Shown here in pieces: positions 52,199 through 64,000 of a stretch of 64,000 nt of DNA. This stretch comes from Edaphocola sp. (GTDB taxonomy: Bacteria > Bacteroidota > Bacteroidia > Chitinophagales > Chitinophagaceae): NCBI GenBank assembly GCA_047605615.1, contig JASGFI010000001.1:486-64485 (forward strand). Reading direction: 5' to 3'. The translations under genes and the position numbers were made by a program. Under the pieces are notes generated by a model. The model saw only the letters and a list, made by a program, of their open reading frames with translations, was not told where the DNA came from and ran no database searches. Position 1 is the first letter of the stretch; the number at the start of each line of letters is the position of its first letter.

Positions 52199-54046
52199 AT
52201 GTCAGACGCATTAAAACATGAATGTGGCCTTGCCTACATTCGTCTCCTGAAACCAATTTCCTACTACTACCGCAAGTATGGTACCGCTTTCTACGGGCTC
52301 AACAAACTGTACCTGCTCATGGAGAAGCAGCACAACCGCGGCCAGGACGGTGCCGGCATAGCCACCCTGAAGCTGAACGTAGAGCCGGGATACCAGTTCA
52401 TGCACCGCCTGCGCATAGCCGGCCCCGGTGCCATCAAGGAAATATTTGCTTCCGTGCAGGACGAAGTGACCGAATTGGAACGCATGTACCCCGACCTGCG
52501 CCAGCATCCCGGCATGATGAAAGGCTACATGCGCTTTATGGGCGAGGTGATGTTGGGGCATTTGCGCTACGGCACGCAGGGCAAGAACAGCGTGAAATTC
52601 TGCCACCCTTTCGTGAAGTCCGACATTAACCCGGCACGCAACATCACCATGGCGGGCAATTTCAACTTGGTAAATACCGACGAGCTGTTTGGCCTCATGG
52701 AGGAAACCCCCGATGAAACCATGCGCGCCAGCGACTTGGGGGCCATGATAGGCACGGTGCAACATTTCCTGTGCGAAGAGGAAGCAAAATCGCCCGAAAC
52801 GCCCGATATGGTTGCCGTGTTGCGCAAGGCCACCGAACGTTTTGACGGCGGCTATGTGTGCGGCGGCTTGGTGGGCAATGGCGACAGCTTCGTGATGCGC
52901 GACCGTCACGGCATTCGCCCGGCTTATTATTACAAAGACGACGAGGTAGTGGTAGTGGCCTCGGAGAGGCCGGCCATACAAACCACGTTCAACCTAAAGC
53001 AAGAAGATATTAAGGAGCTGCAACCCGGCGCGGCCATTATAGTGCAGGCCGACGGCACGGTGTCCGTCCCTCAAATATTGGAACCGGCAGAAAAAGCGGC
53101 GTGTAGCTTCGAGCGCATATATTTCAGCCGTGGCAGCGATGCCGATATTTACCGCGAGCGCATCAAACTGGGTGCCTTGCTGGCGGCGCCGGTTTTGAAA
53201 GCCTTGGACTACGACCTTAAAAATACTACCGTATCCTTCATCCCCAATACGGCCGAAATAGCTTTTTACGGATTGATAAAGGGGTTGGAAGATTATTTGA
53301 AAGATGTAAAAATTGAGCGCATCATTCGCAATAGGGATACCATGACCGATGCGGAAATAAGCGAATTGATTCATCGGAGGGTGCGCATAGAAAAAATAGC
53401 GATTAAAGACGTGAAGCTGCGCACTTTCATTACCGCCGATACGAGTCGCGATGAAATGGTACAGCACGTTTACGACATAACTTACGGCACCGTAAGGCCG
53501 CAGGAAGATACCTTGGTGGTGATAGACGACAGCATAGTGCGGGGCACCACGTTGCGCCAGAGCATCATTAAGATGCTCGACAGGTTGCAGCCCAAAAAGA
53601 TTATCGTAGTGTCTTCTGCACCGCAAATCCGCTATCCCGATTGTTATGGCATAGACATGAGCCGGATGGCCGATTTTATTGCCTTCCAGGCTGCGGTGGC
53701 CTTGCTGCAAGACAGGGGGATGGAACAGGTATTGGCCGATACTTACGAAAAATGCCGTGCCGCAAAGGAAAATGGCACCCTTTTCGCCCAAAACTTTGTA
53801 CGTGCCATATACGCACCGTTTAGCGCAGAGGAAATAAGCGCGAAAATCTCTGCGATGTTGCGTCCGGAAGACGTGAATGCCGAGGTGGAAATAATTTTCC
53901 AATCCATAGAAAACCTGCACATGGCTTGCCCCGAAAACAAGGGCGACTGGTATTTTACGGGCAACTATCCTACGCCGGGCGGCAACAAGGTGGCCAACCG
54001 CGCCTTCATGAACTATATGGAAAAAAAACTGGACAGGGGCTATTAG
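52199..54046 (+). CDS. purF: Amidophosphoribosyltransferase
   Basis: HECG, QHNRGQDGAG, GHLRYGT, CSFERIYFSRG, DDSIVRGTT. Confidence 0.96.
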   Translation: MSDALKHECGLAYIRLLKPISYYYRKYGTAFYGLNKLYLLMEKQHNRGQDGAGIATLKLNVEPGYQFMHRLRIAGPGAIKEIFASVQDEVTELERMYPDLRQHPGMMKGYMRFMGEVMLGHLRYGTQGKNSVKFCHPFVKSDINPARNITMAGNFNLVNTDELFGLMEETPDETMRASDLGAMIGTVQHFLCEEEAKSPETPDMVAVLRKATERFDGGYVCGGLVGNGDSFVMRDRHGIRPAYYYKDDEVVVVASERPAIQTTFNLKQEDIKELQPGAAIIVQADGTVSVPQILEPAEKAACSFERIYFSRGSDADIYRERIKLGALLAAPVLKALDYDLKNTTVSFIPNTAEIAFYGLIKGLEDYLKDVKIERIIRNRDTMTDAEISELIHRRVRIEKIAIKDVKLRTFITADTSRDEMVQHVYDITYGTVRPQEDTLVVIDDSIVRGTTLRQSIIKMLDRLQPKKIIVVSSAPQIRYPDCYGIDMSRMADFIAFQAAVALLQDRGMEQVLADTYEKCRAAKENGTLFAQNFVRAIYAPFSAEEISAKISAMLRPEDVNAEVEIIFQSIENLHMACPENKGDWYFTGNYPTPGGNKVANRAFMNYMEKKLDRGY

Positions 54047-54072
54047 TGTTGTCGCTCTGGCTAGGCCAAATG

Positions 54073-54555
54073 CTACAATTGCGCATCTATCCATGCCTTT
54101 AGTTCATCGGCGGTAATTTCTTCCGGGTGCAGTTTTTTTTCGCCCGTCTTGTTATTGATGAACAAGGTAGCGGGTAGGCCGCCTTCCCAGGCAGGTTCTA
54201 TTTTGGGTATGTATTCGGTAGGGTTGGTTTCGTCGAGCCATACCACTTCGGGTTTCAGTTTCTTTTTCTGTACCCATGCTGTCAATTGCTTCGGGTATTG
54301 TTCCTTGAAATCGAAGCTGACCAATAGTATCTTCACGGGTTTGTCCTTGTACAAGGCTTGCGTTATGTTGAAAGCGGGCAATTCCTTTACGCAGGGAATG
54401 CACCACGTGGCCCATAAATTAACCACGTAAACCGTGTCCTTGTTGCTGACCCGCTGCATCAAATCTTCAGCTTTATAGGCGGCTATTTCATTGTGCTGCG
54501 CCATGGCCAGCAATGCGCCAAAGGCAATGATGAAAGTTATTAAGGTAGATTTCAT
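54073..54555 (-). CDS. TlpA-like thioredoxin-fold protein
   Basis: VVNLWATWCIPCVKELP after a signal peptide. Confidence 0.92.
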   Translation of the reverse strand: MKSTLITFIIAFGALLAMAQHNEIAAYKAEDLMQRVSNKDTVYVVNLWATWCIPCVKELPAFNITQALYKDKPVKILLVSFDFKEQYPKQLTAWVQKKKLKPEVVWLDETNPTEYIPKIEPAWEGGLPATLFINNKTGEKKLHPEEITADELKAWIDAQL

Positions 54556-54656
54556 GTATTTTCTGGAAAAAGATACGAAAGCGAAATTAAAGGCAATATC
54601 CAAAAGCAAATACCAAGAGCAGGTTAAATTGTTGTTGCCGTTTTTTCCATTGGCAA

Positions 54657-56063
54657 CTAAGAAGGCCACGGCCAGTAAAGACAAATAGTTACGGCCGCAA
54701 CCATGCCCACCAAATCGGCCAGCAGCATGGAGCCAATGGCATAACGGGTGTCCTTTACGCCCACCGCGCCAAAATAGACCGCTACCACATAAAACGTAGT
54801 ATCGGAACTGCCTTGGAACACGCAAGCCAACCTGCCGGCAAAACTATCGACACCGTAAAAACCCATCGTGTCCACCATCATGCCGCGCGCGCCGCTACCG
54901 CTCAATGGCTTTATCAACGCCGTGGGCAAGGCATCCACTATTTGGGTATTGACATGAAGCAGGTCGAAAACATATTTAAGCCCGCCCGTAGCCGCATCGA
55001 ACACGCCACTGGTGCGCAACATGCTTATGGCCACCAACATGCCCACTAAGTAAGGTATTATTTTTATGGAAGTTTCAAACCCTCCTTTGGCACCTTGTAC
55101 AAAAGCGTCGAACACGTCTATTTTTTTATACCAACCACCGGCCACGATGGCCAAAAATATGAACAAGATGATGCCATTGCCCAACATGCCGGAAACGAAT
55201 TGCATCCCATCGTGCGACAGGGACGACAGGTACGTTATAAGCAAGGCTATGACAACCGAAATACCACCAACCCAAAACAAGATAACAGGCTGGAAAAGAT
55301 TTATCTTTTGCCTGAAGGCCACTATGCTCATGGCGGCCAAGGTGGCCACGAAAGTAGCTATCATGCAGGGCAAGAAAATGTCGGTAGGGTCGTGCGCGCC
55401 CATCTTTACCCGCATGGCTATGATGGACACCGGTATCAAGGTAAGACCGGCGGCGTGCAGGCACAAAAACATGATTTGCGCATTGGACGCTTTTTCCTTT
55501 CCGGCGTTCAGTTCTTGGAGGCTTTCCATGGCCTTGATGCCAAAGGGTGTGGCAGCATTGTCCAGCCCCAGCAAGTTGGCCGAAAAGTTGAGCATCATGT
55601 GTCCCATGGCCGGGTGGCCCTTGGGGACATCGGGAAACAATTTGGAGAAAAACGGCCCGATAACCCGTGACAGGAGCCTTATGCCGCCCGCATTTTCGGC
55701 TATGCGCATAAAGCCCATGAACAATGCCATGATGCCTACCAAACCCAAACATATTTCCACGGCCGTTTTGCAAGTGCCCAATATGCCATCGGCATTTTGT
55801 TCTTTGTAAACCATGACGCTGCCGTCTTCTTTGCGCACTATCCTATCTTCGGCGTGCTTGTAGCTGTTGGTGTTGCCCAGTTTTGCCAACACATCGGCCG
55901 GTACATTGGTTGGGGCATAGCCAACCGTCATGCTGGTATCGCCCGCCTTGCCTGCCACCATTTTGTTATAGATAGCATTGCGGTCGCCCGTCCTGAAAAC
56001 TTGAAAAGTAGCCGCTATGATGGCTATGATGACAAACGCACTCCATATTTTACTCAATGCCAT
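54657..56063 (-). CDS. SpmA/SpmB-like nucleoside recognition (Gate) membrane protein
   Basis: ANLLGLDNAATPFGIKAM, PLSGSGARG, TTFYVVAVYFGAVG. Confidence 0.92.
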   Translation of the reverse strand: MALSKIWSAFVIIAIIAATFQVFRTGDRNAIYNKMVAGKAGDTSMTVGYAPTNVPADVLAKLGNTNSYKHAEDRIVRKEDGSVMVYKEQNADGILGTCKTAVEICLGLVGIMALFMGFMRIAENAGGIRLLSRVIGPFFSKLFPDVPKGHPAMGHMMLNFSANLLGLDNAATPFGIKAMESLQELNAGKEKASNAQIMFLCLHAAGLTLIPVSIIAMRVKMGAHDPTDIFLPCMIATFVATLAAMSIVAFRQKINLFQPVILFWVGGISVVIALLITYLSSLSHDGMQFVSGMLGNGIILFIFLAIVAGGWYKKIDVFDAFVQGAKGGFETSIKIIPYLVGMLVAISMLRTSGVFDAATGGLKYVFDLLHVNTQIVDALPTALIKPLSGSGARGMMVDTMGFYGVDSFAGRLACVFQGSSDTTFYVVAVYFGAVGVKDTRYAIGSMLLADLVGMVAAVTICLYWPWPS

Positions 56064-56198
56064 GGGCTGTTGTTGGTTTTGACGTAGCGAAAATAAAATT
56101 TAGGCGGCACAATAAGCTATTTTGTTTTCGTGGCTTGTAAATTTTCATTTGTAAGTTCGCTGCTGAAACACAAAAGACATTTCTTCAAAAAACAAACC

Positions 56199-56765
56199 AT
56201 GAAAAACAAAAAGGCAGCCACGCCGGAAATTGCTACGGTTGACATAATGGAAATGCTGAAAACCAGATTTGAAGAAAACACGCATCGCCACCGGGACATT
56301 GCATGGCAAGACGTGCAGGCGCGCATTGCGGCCCGGCCCCGGTCATTGGCCACGCTGGCCAAAATGGAAGAATCCGGCGGCGAACCCGATGTAATTGGCT
56401 ACGATGAAAAAAATGGCCAATACATCTTTTGCGACTGCTCCGCCGAAAGCCCTTCGGGCCGCAGGAGCCTTTGTTACGACCAAGAGGCGTGGCTGAAAAG
56501 GAAGGAACACCGCCCGGCCGGCAGTGCCATGGAAATGGCCGCAGAAATGGGCATCGCCCTATTAACCGAAGAAGAATACCGAACACTTCAAGGCTTGCAA
56601 AAGGTAGAGGCCAAAACCTCCAGTTGGCTGGCTACCCCGGAACCGATACGCAAACTGGGCGGTGCCATTTTTGGCGATTTTCGTTACGATACGGTGTTCG
56701 TGTACCACAACGGCGCGGAGTCTTATTATGCCGGCAGAGGGTTTAGGGGTTCGTTGAAAGTTTAG
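56199..56765 (+). CDS. DUF4256 domain protein
   Basis: MEESGGEPDV, ESPSGRRSLCYD, KTSSWL, YHNGAESYYA.RGFRG. Confidence 0.88.
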   Translation: MKNKKAATPEIATVDIMEMLKTRFEENTHRHRDIAWQDVQARIAARPRSLATLAKMEESGGEPDVIGYDEKNGQYIFCDCSAESPSGRRSLCYDQEAWLKRKEHRPAGSAMEMAAEMGIALLTEEEYRTLQGLQKVEAKTSSWLATPEPIRKLGGAIFGDFRYDTVFVYHNGAESYYAGRGFRGSLKV

Positions 56766-56826
56766 ATAAAAAACCATGCATGCTTATGAAGAAATACGGT
56801 TGGCAATTATAAAAATTGTCTATTGA

Positions 56827-59124
<2,298 letters not shown>

Positions 59125-59171
59125 TGCCAATACTGCTTATCTTTAAAAATAGTCCAATCGGTAACACCATT

Positions 59172-59276
59172 ATTCCTGCCAGTACCCCCCGTCCCTTCCC
59201 CCCCTCCGGGGGCAAGGGACGGGGCTTTATAGATGCTTGCAGCATGACAAGCTGGGGAGTGCCGCAATGCTCTTTT
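59172..59276. repeat. Structured direct repeat, copy A
   Basis: attcctgccagtac, GC hairpin, then agatgcttgcagcatgacaagctggggagtgccgcaatgctctttt; second copy at 60628-60744. Confidence 0.65.
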
Positions 59277-59317
59277 ACCCGGTGGAGAAGTATGGTGAAA
59301 CGATACCGAAACTTGGG

Positions 59318-60508
59318 TTAACCTTTCGGGCTTGCCCCTGCTATTTCCTCCAAATAATCTTCCAGCTTTTGGGCTATCATGTCCCATGAAAAGTATTTCC
59401 TGATTACCTCTTGGCCGGCAGTTCCGGTTTTGTGCCTTAGTTCCTTGCGTTGCAGCAAGTCTATGCACGCTTGCGCAAATTCTTCGGTGTTCGTCTTTTT
59501 AAGTACCCCTTCGCCCGAAACGACGTTAAGGCCATTGAAGCCAATTGCGCCGCTTACTACGGGCACGCCCATGGCCATGGCTTCCAATACCTTGTTTTGC
59601 GTACCGGCGCCAAAGCGCAATGGAGCCACTACTACCGTGGCGGCACTGTACACATCGGCCAAATCAGGTACGAAACCCGTAACCTGCACGGCATCGCTTT
59701 GAAGTGCCAATACCGGTTTCACCGGTCGCTGCCCGGCTATGGTGAACCTTGCCGTCGGCACCGATTTTTGTATGATGGGGAAAACATCTTTTACGAAATA
59801 CCGCACCGCATCTACATTGGGCGCGTAGTCCATGTTGCCGGTAAACAAAAGCCTGTCGGTAATGGAATAATCATGCGGCGGCAGGTTAAAAACTTCGGTG
59901 TCCACGCCATTGGGCAGCAAGCCTAATCGTTGTATTCCCTTATGCTCCAGCCATGCCACGTCTTCCTGCGAGCAGGCCAACACTTTGTCAAATTGGTTGA
60001 GGATAACCTCGTAATTATCTACTCTTTCGTATTCCCATTTTGCGAATGTTACTTTCAGCCCCCTCAGTTGTTCTGCCCGTCTTCTCCAATACAGCGAGTA
60101 AGCGTCGGGCAGGTCCAAGATGCGCGGGATGTTTCTATACTGGTGCCAATATTGCGCCAACCGCAAATGTTGCACATGCACCGCATCATAGTTGTGTGTG
60201 GAGGTCACCTCGGCCACTTTTTGCCTCATTTTTTCCGAAGCAAAATAACGCACCTGAAAAGGCTCCTTCCGCAGGAAAGCCTTGGCACTGTTGAAGTACG
60301 ACTGCGCTTTGCCAAGCGGCACAAGGTGTATTTGCTCAAATACCTTTTTTAATTCGGGAAGGTATTGTTCGTCGTCCTTGTCTTGCAGGAAAGTAAGCAG
60401 GTGCAACTCGTGCCTGCCTGCCAACCTGCGGGCAAGGTTGTATATTTTCAACTTGTCGCCACGATAAGGCGGGTAGGGCAGGCGATTGGCCGCAAACAGT
60501 ATTTTCAT
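59318..60508 (-). CDS. Glycosyltransferase family 4
   Basis: LPYPPYRGDKL, PNGVD, FTGNMDYAPNVDA, GTQNKVLEAMAMG. Confidence 0.95.
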   Translation of the reverse strand: MKILFAANRLPYPPYRGDKLKIYNLARRLAGRHELHLLTFLQDKDDEQYLPELKKVFEQIHLVPLGKAQSYFNSAKAFLRKEPFQVRYFASEKMRQKVAEVTSTHNYDAVHVQHLRLAQYWHQYRNIPRILDLPDAYSLYWRRRAEQLRGLKVTFAKWEYERVDNYEVILNQFDKVLACSQEDVAWLEHKGIQRLGLLPNGVDTEVFNLPPHDYSITDRLLFTGNMDYAPNVDAVRYFVKDVFPIIQKSVPTARFTIAGQRPVKPVLALQSDAVQVTGFVPDLADVYSAATVVVAPLRFGAGTQNKVLEAMAMGVPVVSGAIGFNGLNVVSGEGVLKKTNTEEFAQACIDLLQRKELRHKTGTAGQEVIRKYFSWDMIAQKLEDYLEEIAGASPKG

Positions 60509-60538
60509 CTATGGCCGCAAATTTAGACAAAGTCAAAA

Positions 60539-60615
60539 TTAGACACAAGACATTAGATTTTAGACACAAGATTTTAGACACAAGACACAAGATTTTAGAC
60601 ATTTGATTTTAGACA
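60539..60615. repeat. Heptamer microsatellite (11 units)
   Basis: ttagaca caagaca ttagatt ttagaca caagatt ttagaca caagaca caagatt ttagaca tttgatt ttagaca. Confidence 0.9.
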
Positions 60616-60627
60616 TTAAACCCCCAA

Positions 60628-60744
60628 ATTCCCACCAGCACTCCTGGCCCCCGTCACCGGCTTGCCCCCAACGAAATTGGTGGGGTGGGGGCTTCAACAG
60701 ATGCTTGGCAGCATGACAAGCAGGAGTGCCGCAACGCCCTTTTC
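60628..60744. repeat. Structured direct repeat, copy B
   Basis: attcccaccagcac, GC-rich hairpin-like segment, then agatgcttggcagcatgacaagcaggagtgccgcaacgcccttttc. Confidence 0.65.
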
Positions 60745-61014
60745 ACTCGCTCTTGCCACCCTGAAAAGGGTCTATTTATAGATGCTTCGCGCTGCATAAG
60801 AATGTGCAATGTTTTGGTGAAAGAATTGGAAGGTGAGAGCCGTGAGTTTTTGTAATTTTTGGTGGTGGGCATGATTGGTGTTTAGCAAGAAAGAGGTAAT
60901 TGCTTGATGGAATTGGGCGGGATTGTCATAATACCGTGCATTTAGGATTTCGGGAGGGGAAATAAGCTATATTCAAAAAAACAAAAAATAAATAGTCCAA
61001 ATTCTTGAAAATCT

Positions 61015-61282
61015 TAGAAACTGTCTAAGATTATTTGATGGTATAATATGTAGATGATTTTTGAGCGAAACGAGGCAGATTTTGCAGCCATAGTCTAACG
61101 CCTAAGGCGAAAAACCTAACGATGTTGCAGCCAAAAAGCAGCACATATTATTAACACGATGGCAATATAACGGCAATTAAAAATGAATTAAATTACTGAC
61201 AATCAAAATATTGAACAAAATTAAATAACGAAATAATTCCATCGGGTTAATAACCATTGAAATGATTTTAGACAGCTTCTTA
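61015..61282. mobile_element. MITE-like element, copy 3, with nested insertion
   Basis: TIRs agaaactgtctaa/ttagacagcttct; reverse complement of 50772-50937 plus 100 bp and a TA duplication. Confidence 0.85.
61151..61250. mobile_element. Nested 100-bp mini-element
   Basis: TIRs ttaacacgatgg/ccatcgggttaa (11/12) flanked by TA on both sides; absent from copy 2. Confidence 0.75.
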
Positions 61283-61473
61283 TAAAATCCTTCTGATTTT
61301 TCAGCCATCGTGCCGTTGCGCTTTTGCGGGGAATGTTTAGGCTGCTATTGAAATGCGAATTGTATGTGTTGTATGATGACCATTTCATTTTGCTATACAG
61401 CCACACAAGAAACACGGCCGCATTTCTTCAATGCAGCCGTGTTTCTTGTGTCAAAAATCCAAACAGACAATTT

Positions 61474-62931
61474 TTACGGGAAAATACCCAATTCTTCGTA
61501 GGCCACGCCCACTTTATTGATGGCGCAAATGAATGCCGCGGTGCGCAAATCGTCCACGCCGGTGTGTGCGTGGTAGGTATCGCGTATTTCGTGGAAGGAA
61601 TTGATCATGGTATCTTCCAAGCCCGAATAAACCAAATCCACTTCATCGGGGCCGTGCAACAATATTTTTCGTTCCGTTTCCGACACGCGCTTGCCCGTAA
61701 GGTTTTCCATGGTATGGATTATTTCGCCGTATTGGTTTTCGCTGAAGCGTTTTTCCAAGCGGCCGTAACGAACATGGCTCAGGTTTTTCAACCATTCAAA
61801 GTAGGAAACTGTAACACCGCCCGCGTTCAAATACATATCGGGAATGATGGTCACGCCTTTTTCTATCAATATGGCATCGGCCTCGGGCGTTACCGGCCCG
61901 TTGGCGGCTTCGGCTATAATCTTGGCCTTGATGTTGGCTGCATTGCCGGCATGGATTACCGATTCCAATGCCGCGGGTATCAATATGTCACATTCCAATT
62001 CGAGGGTGTGCGCGCTTACGGGTATGTTTTCCGCACCGGGGAAGTTAAGTATGGAGCCGGTGGCTTTCCTGTGGGCCATTACCTTTTCCAAGTCCAGCCC
62101 GTGCGGGTTGCTGATGCCGCCTTCGTATTCGGCTATGCCCACTATTATGGCGCCGCCTTCCTGGAAATATTTTGCGGCGTGGTAGCCTACGTTGCCCAAG
62201 CCCTGCACCACTATTTTTTTGCCGGCTATACCGGTAGCGAGGCCGAGTGCTTTCATGTCGTCGGCAATGCTGCACAGCTCGCGCACACCGTAATAAACGC
62301 CCAGCCCGGTAGCTTCGGTACGTCCGCGAACGCCGCCTTGGGCTATGGGTTTGCCGGTTACGCAGGCTTGCGCGTTCAGCTCGCCGGGGTTAAGGGAAGA
62401 ATAGGTGTCCACTATCCAGCTCATTTCGCGGGCGCCGGTGCCGTAGTCGGGTGCGGGAACGTCGATGCCGGGGCCTATGAAGTTTTTCTTGGCCAATTCG
62501 GAAGTATAGCGGCGGGTTATTTTTTCCAGCTCAAATGGCGTGTATTTTTTGGGGTCTATCTTTATGCCGCCCTTGCCGCCACCGAACGGAACGTTCACGA
62601 TGGCACATTTGTAGGTCATGAGGGCGGCCAGGGCCATTACCTCGTCTTGGTTTACCTCGGTGCTGAAGCGGATGCCGCCTTTACAAGGCAATTTGTGGTG
62701 CGAGTGTTGTACGCGGTAGGCTTCTATAACCTCTATGTTTTCGCCGATGCGCACCGGGAATTTGATGCGCAAAATAGAGTTGCAGGCCTTGATTTGCTCC
62801 AAGATACCTTTTTCAAAACGGGTAAATTTTGCCGCTTTGTCAAAGTTGCGCTCCACGCCCTGAAAAAAACTATATTCCTGGGCCGCATCAGTGGTTGTTG
62901 TTTCTGGCATAATGGCCGTAGCTGTATCCAT
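61474..62931 (-). CDS. gdhA: Glutamate dehydrogenase (Glu/Leu/Phe/Val dehydrogenase family)
   Basis: [34 protein letters not shown]. Confidence 0.96.
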   Translation of the reverse strand: MDTATAIMPETTTTDAAQEYSFFQGVERNFDKAAKFTRFEKGILEQIKACNSILRIKFPVRIGENIEVIEAYRVQHSHHKLPCKGGIRFSTEVNQDEVMALAALMTYKCAIVNVPFGGGKGGIKIDPKKYTPFELEKITRRYTSELAKKNFIGPGIDVPAPDYGTGAREMSWIVDTYSSLNPGELNAQACVTGKPIAQGGVRGRTEATGLGVYYGVRELCSIADDMKALGLATGIAGKKIVVQGLGNVGYHAAKYFQEGGAIIVGIAEYEGGISNPHGLDLEKVMAHRKATGSILNFPGAENIPVSAHTLELECDILIPAALESVIHAGNAANIKAKIIAEAANGPVTPEADAILIEKGVTIIPDMYLNAGGVTVSYFEWLKNLSHVRYGRLEKRFSENQYGEIIHTMENLTGKRVSETERKILLHGPDEVDLVYSGLEDTMINSFHEIRDTYHAHTGVDDLRTAAFICAINKVGVAYEELGIFP

Positions 62932-62984
62932 GATTTTAAAATGAGTGATTAATTACTTTTATTGAAGTCGAAAACGTTTTTCGC

Positions 62985-63194
62985 CTATTTGTTTGTGTTT
63001 TCCAGTTTCTTGATTTTGCGCTCCAGAAAGGCCAAAAACAAAATAATGCCGGCAAAAATAGTGCAAATAACCAACACGACAACATAAATTTTGCCATTTT
63101 CTCGTAAAACTTCTGCCATTTCTACTTTTTGGGCAAAGGCAAATTGTGGTAACATTGCCAATGAAATAAGTATGTACTTACGTACTTTTTTCAT
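62985..63194 (-). CDS. CcmD-like small membrane protein
   Basis: LRENGKIYVVVLVI...LERKIKKLE, downstream of the CcmC/CcsA gene. Confidence 0.8.
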   Translation of the reverse strand: MKKVRKYILISLAMLPQFAFAQKVEMAEVLRENGKIYVVVLVICTIFAGIILFLAFLERKIKKLENTNK

Positions 63195-63206
63195 AAAATT
63201 CTTAGG

Positions 63207-63872
63207 TTAAATATGTAACAATTCCTTTTTTTCTATAAGTTGTACACGAATTACTAAAGTGGCCATCCATACGCCAAACAATATCCAGCCCGATACCGCC
63301 GGGTAAAAAACCATGCGCATCCCGTTGTCGAGGTCGTAGGTGTTGAACCCCGTATTGCCGCCGCTGCCCGGGTGCAGGGAATCGGTAAGGCTGGGCAAAA
63401 TCCAGATGAATGGTATCATCAGCGCGAAGGCAAAAATATTGTACACCGCACTTATCCTGGCTCTCTTTTCAAAATCGGGCAGGGCGCCGCGCAATGCCAA
63501 ATACGCGAAGTAAGTAAGTATGCTCAATGCCGCGCCCAATTGCTTCGGGTCGTTGCTCCAAGGCTCGCCCCAAGTAAAATTGGCCCATTCCATGCCCGTA
63601 ACCAAGCCCAGGCAACCAAAAACCAGGCCGATGTTTATGAATTGAAGCGAAAAAATATCGTCTTTCAGGTTGCCCGAACGCAGGTACCTGATGGCATATA
63701 CCAGGCTGATGCCGAACAAGAACATCATGCCGAACCACATGGGCACATGAAAGTACAAGTTGCGGATACTCTCGTGGATGATGGGCAGGGCGGGCACCGG
63801 CATCAGGAAACCGCCCACTATGCTATAGCCCAACAATAGTACACAGAGTACCTTCCACCAAATTTTACGCAT
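63207..63872 (-). CDS. Cytochrome c biogenesis protein, CcmC/CcsA family
   Basis: RNLYFHVP and the WWD-type motif WANFTWGEPWSNDPK. Confidence 0.92.
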   Translation of the reverse strand: MRKIWWKVLCVLLLGYSIVGGFLMPVPALPIIHESIRNLYFHVPMWFGMMFLFGISLVYAIRYLRSGNLKDDIFSLQFINIGLVFGCLGLVTGMEWANFTWGEPWSNDPKQLGAALSILTYFAYLALRGALPDFEKRARISAVYNIFAFALMIPFIWILPSLTDSLHPGSGGNTGFNTYDLDNGMRMVFYPAVSGWILFGVWMATLVIRVQLIEKKELLHI

Positions 63873-64000
63873 TGATATACTTTAATATTTAAGGGTAAGC
63901 AAACGGCTGCCACAATCGAGCGGCAAAGGTAAAGCCTTTATGTCATAACAAGGGCAATAGCCGATTATTGGGCCATTGGATTTTCAAGATGCTGCCTGCG

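Overview
Chromosomal window from a Bacteroidota genome, probably Chitinophagales-like. This is inferred from the stand-alone atpD-atpC pair, a T9SS-tailed protein and TAnnTTTG promoter motifs. Most of it is housekeeping: atpDC, dprA-radC-cinA, ispD, a DEAD-box helicase, tdk, ruvB, a complete leuACDB-ilvDBNC cluster, a PIF1-like helicase, asnB, purF, katG, gdh and ccm genes. There are also CAZymes (PL11, GH32, GHL10, two GT4). No rRNA, tRNA or CRISPR array was found. Accessory DNA is concentrated in the intergenic spaces: an AT-rich type II restriction-modification pair, three related ~165-bp MITE-like elements (one with a nested 100-bp TA-flanked insertion whose empty site is visible in another copy), REP-like palindromes, a heptamer microsatellite, and short relics of defence, IS and protease genes. 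The most unusual signal is at 18491-18742: twelve degenerate 21-nt units in unbroken register, with mosaic shared blocks and a perfect 14-bp inverted repeat, directly downstream of a 163-aa helical protein of unknown function. Family assignments come from motif recognition and memory only; no searches were run.
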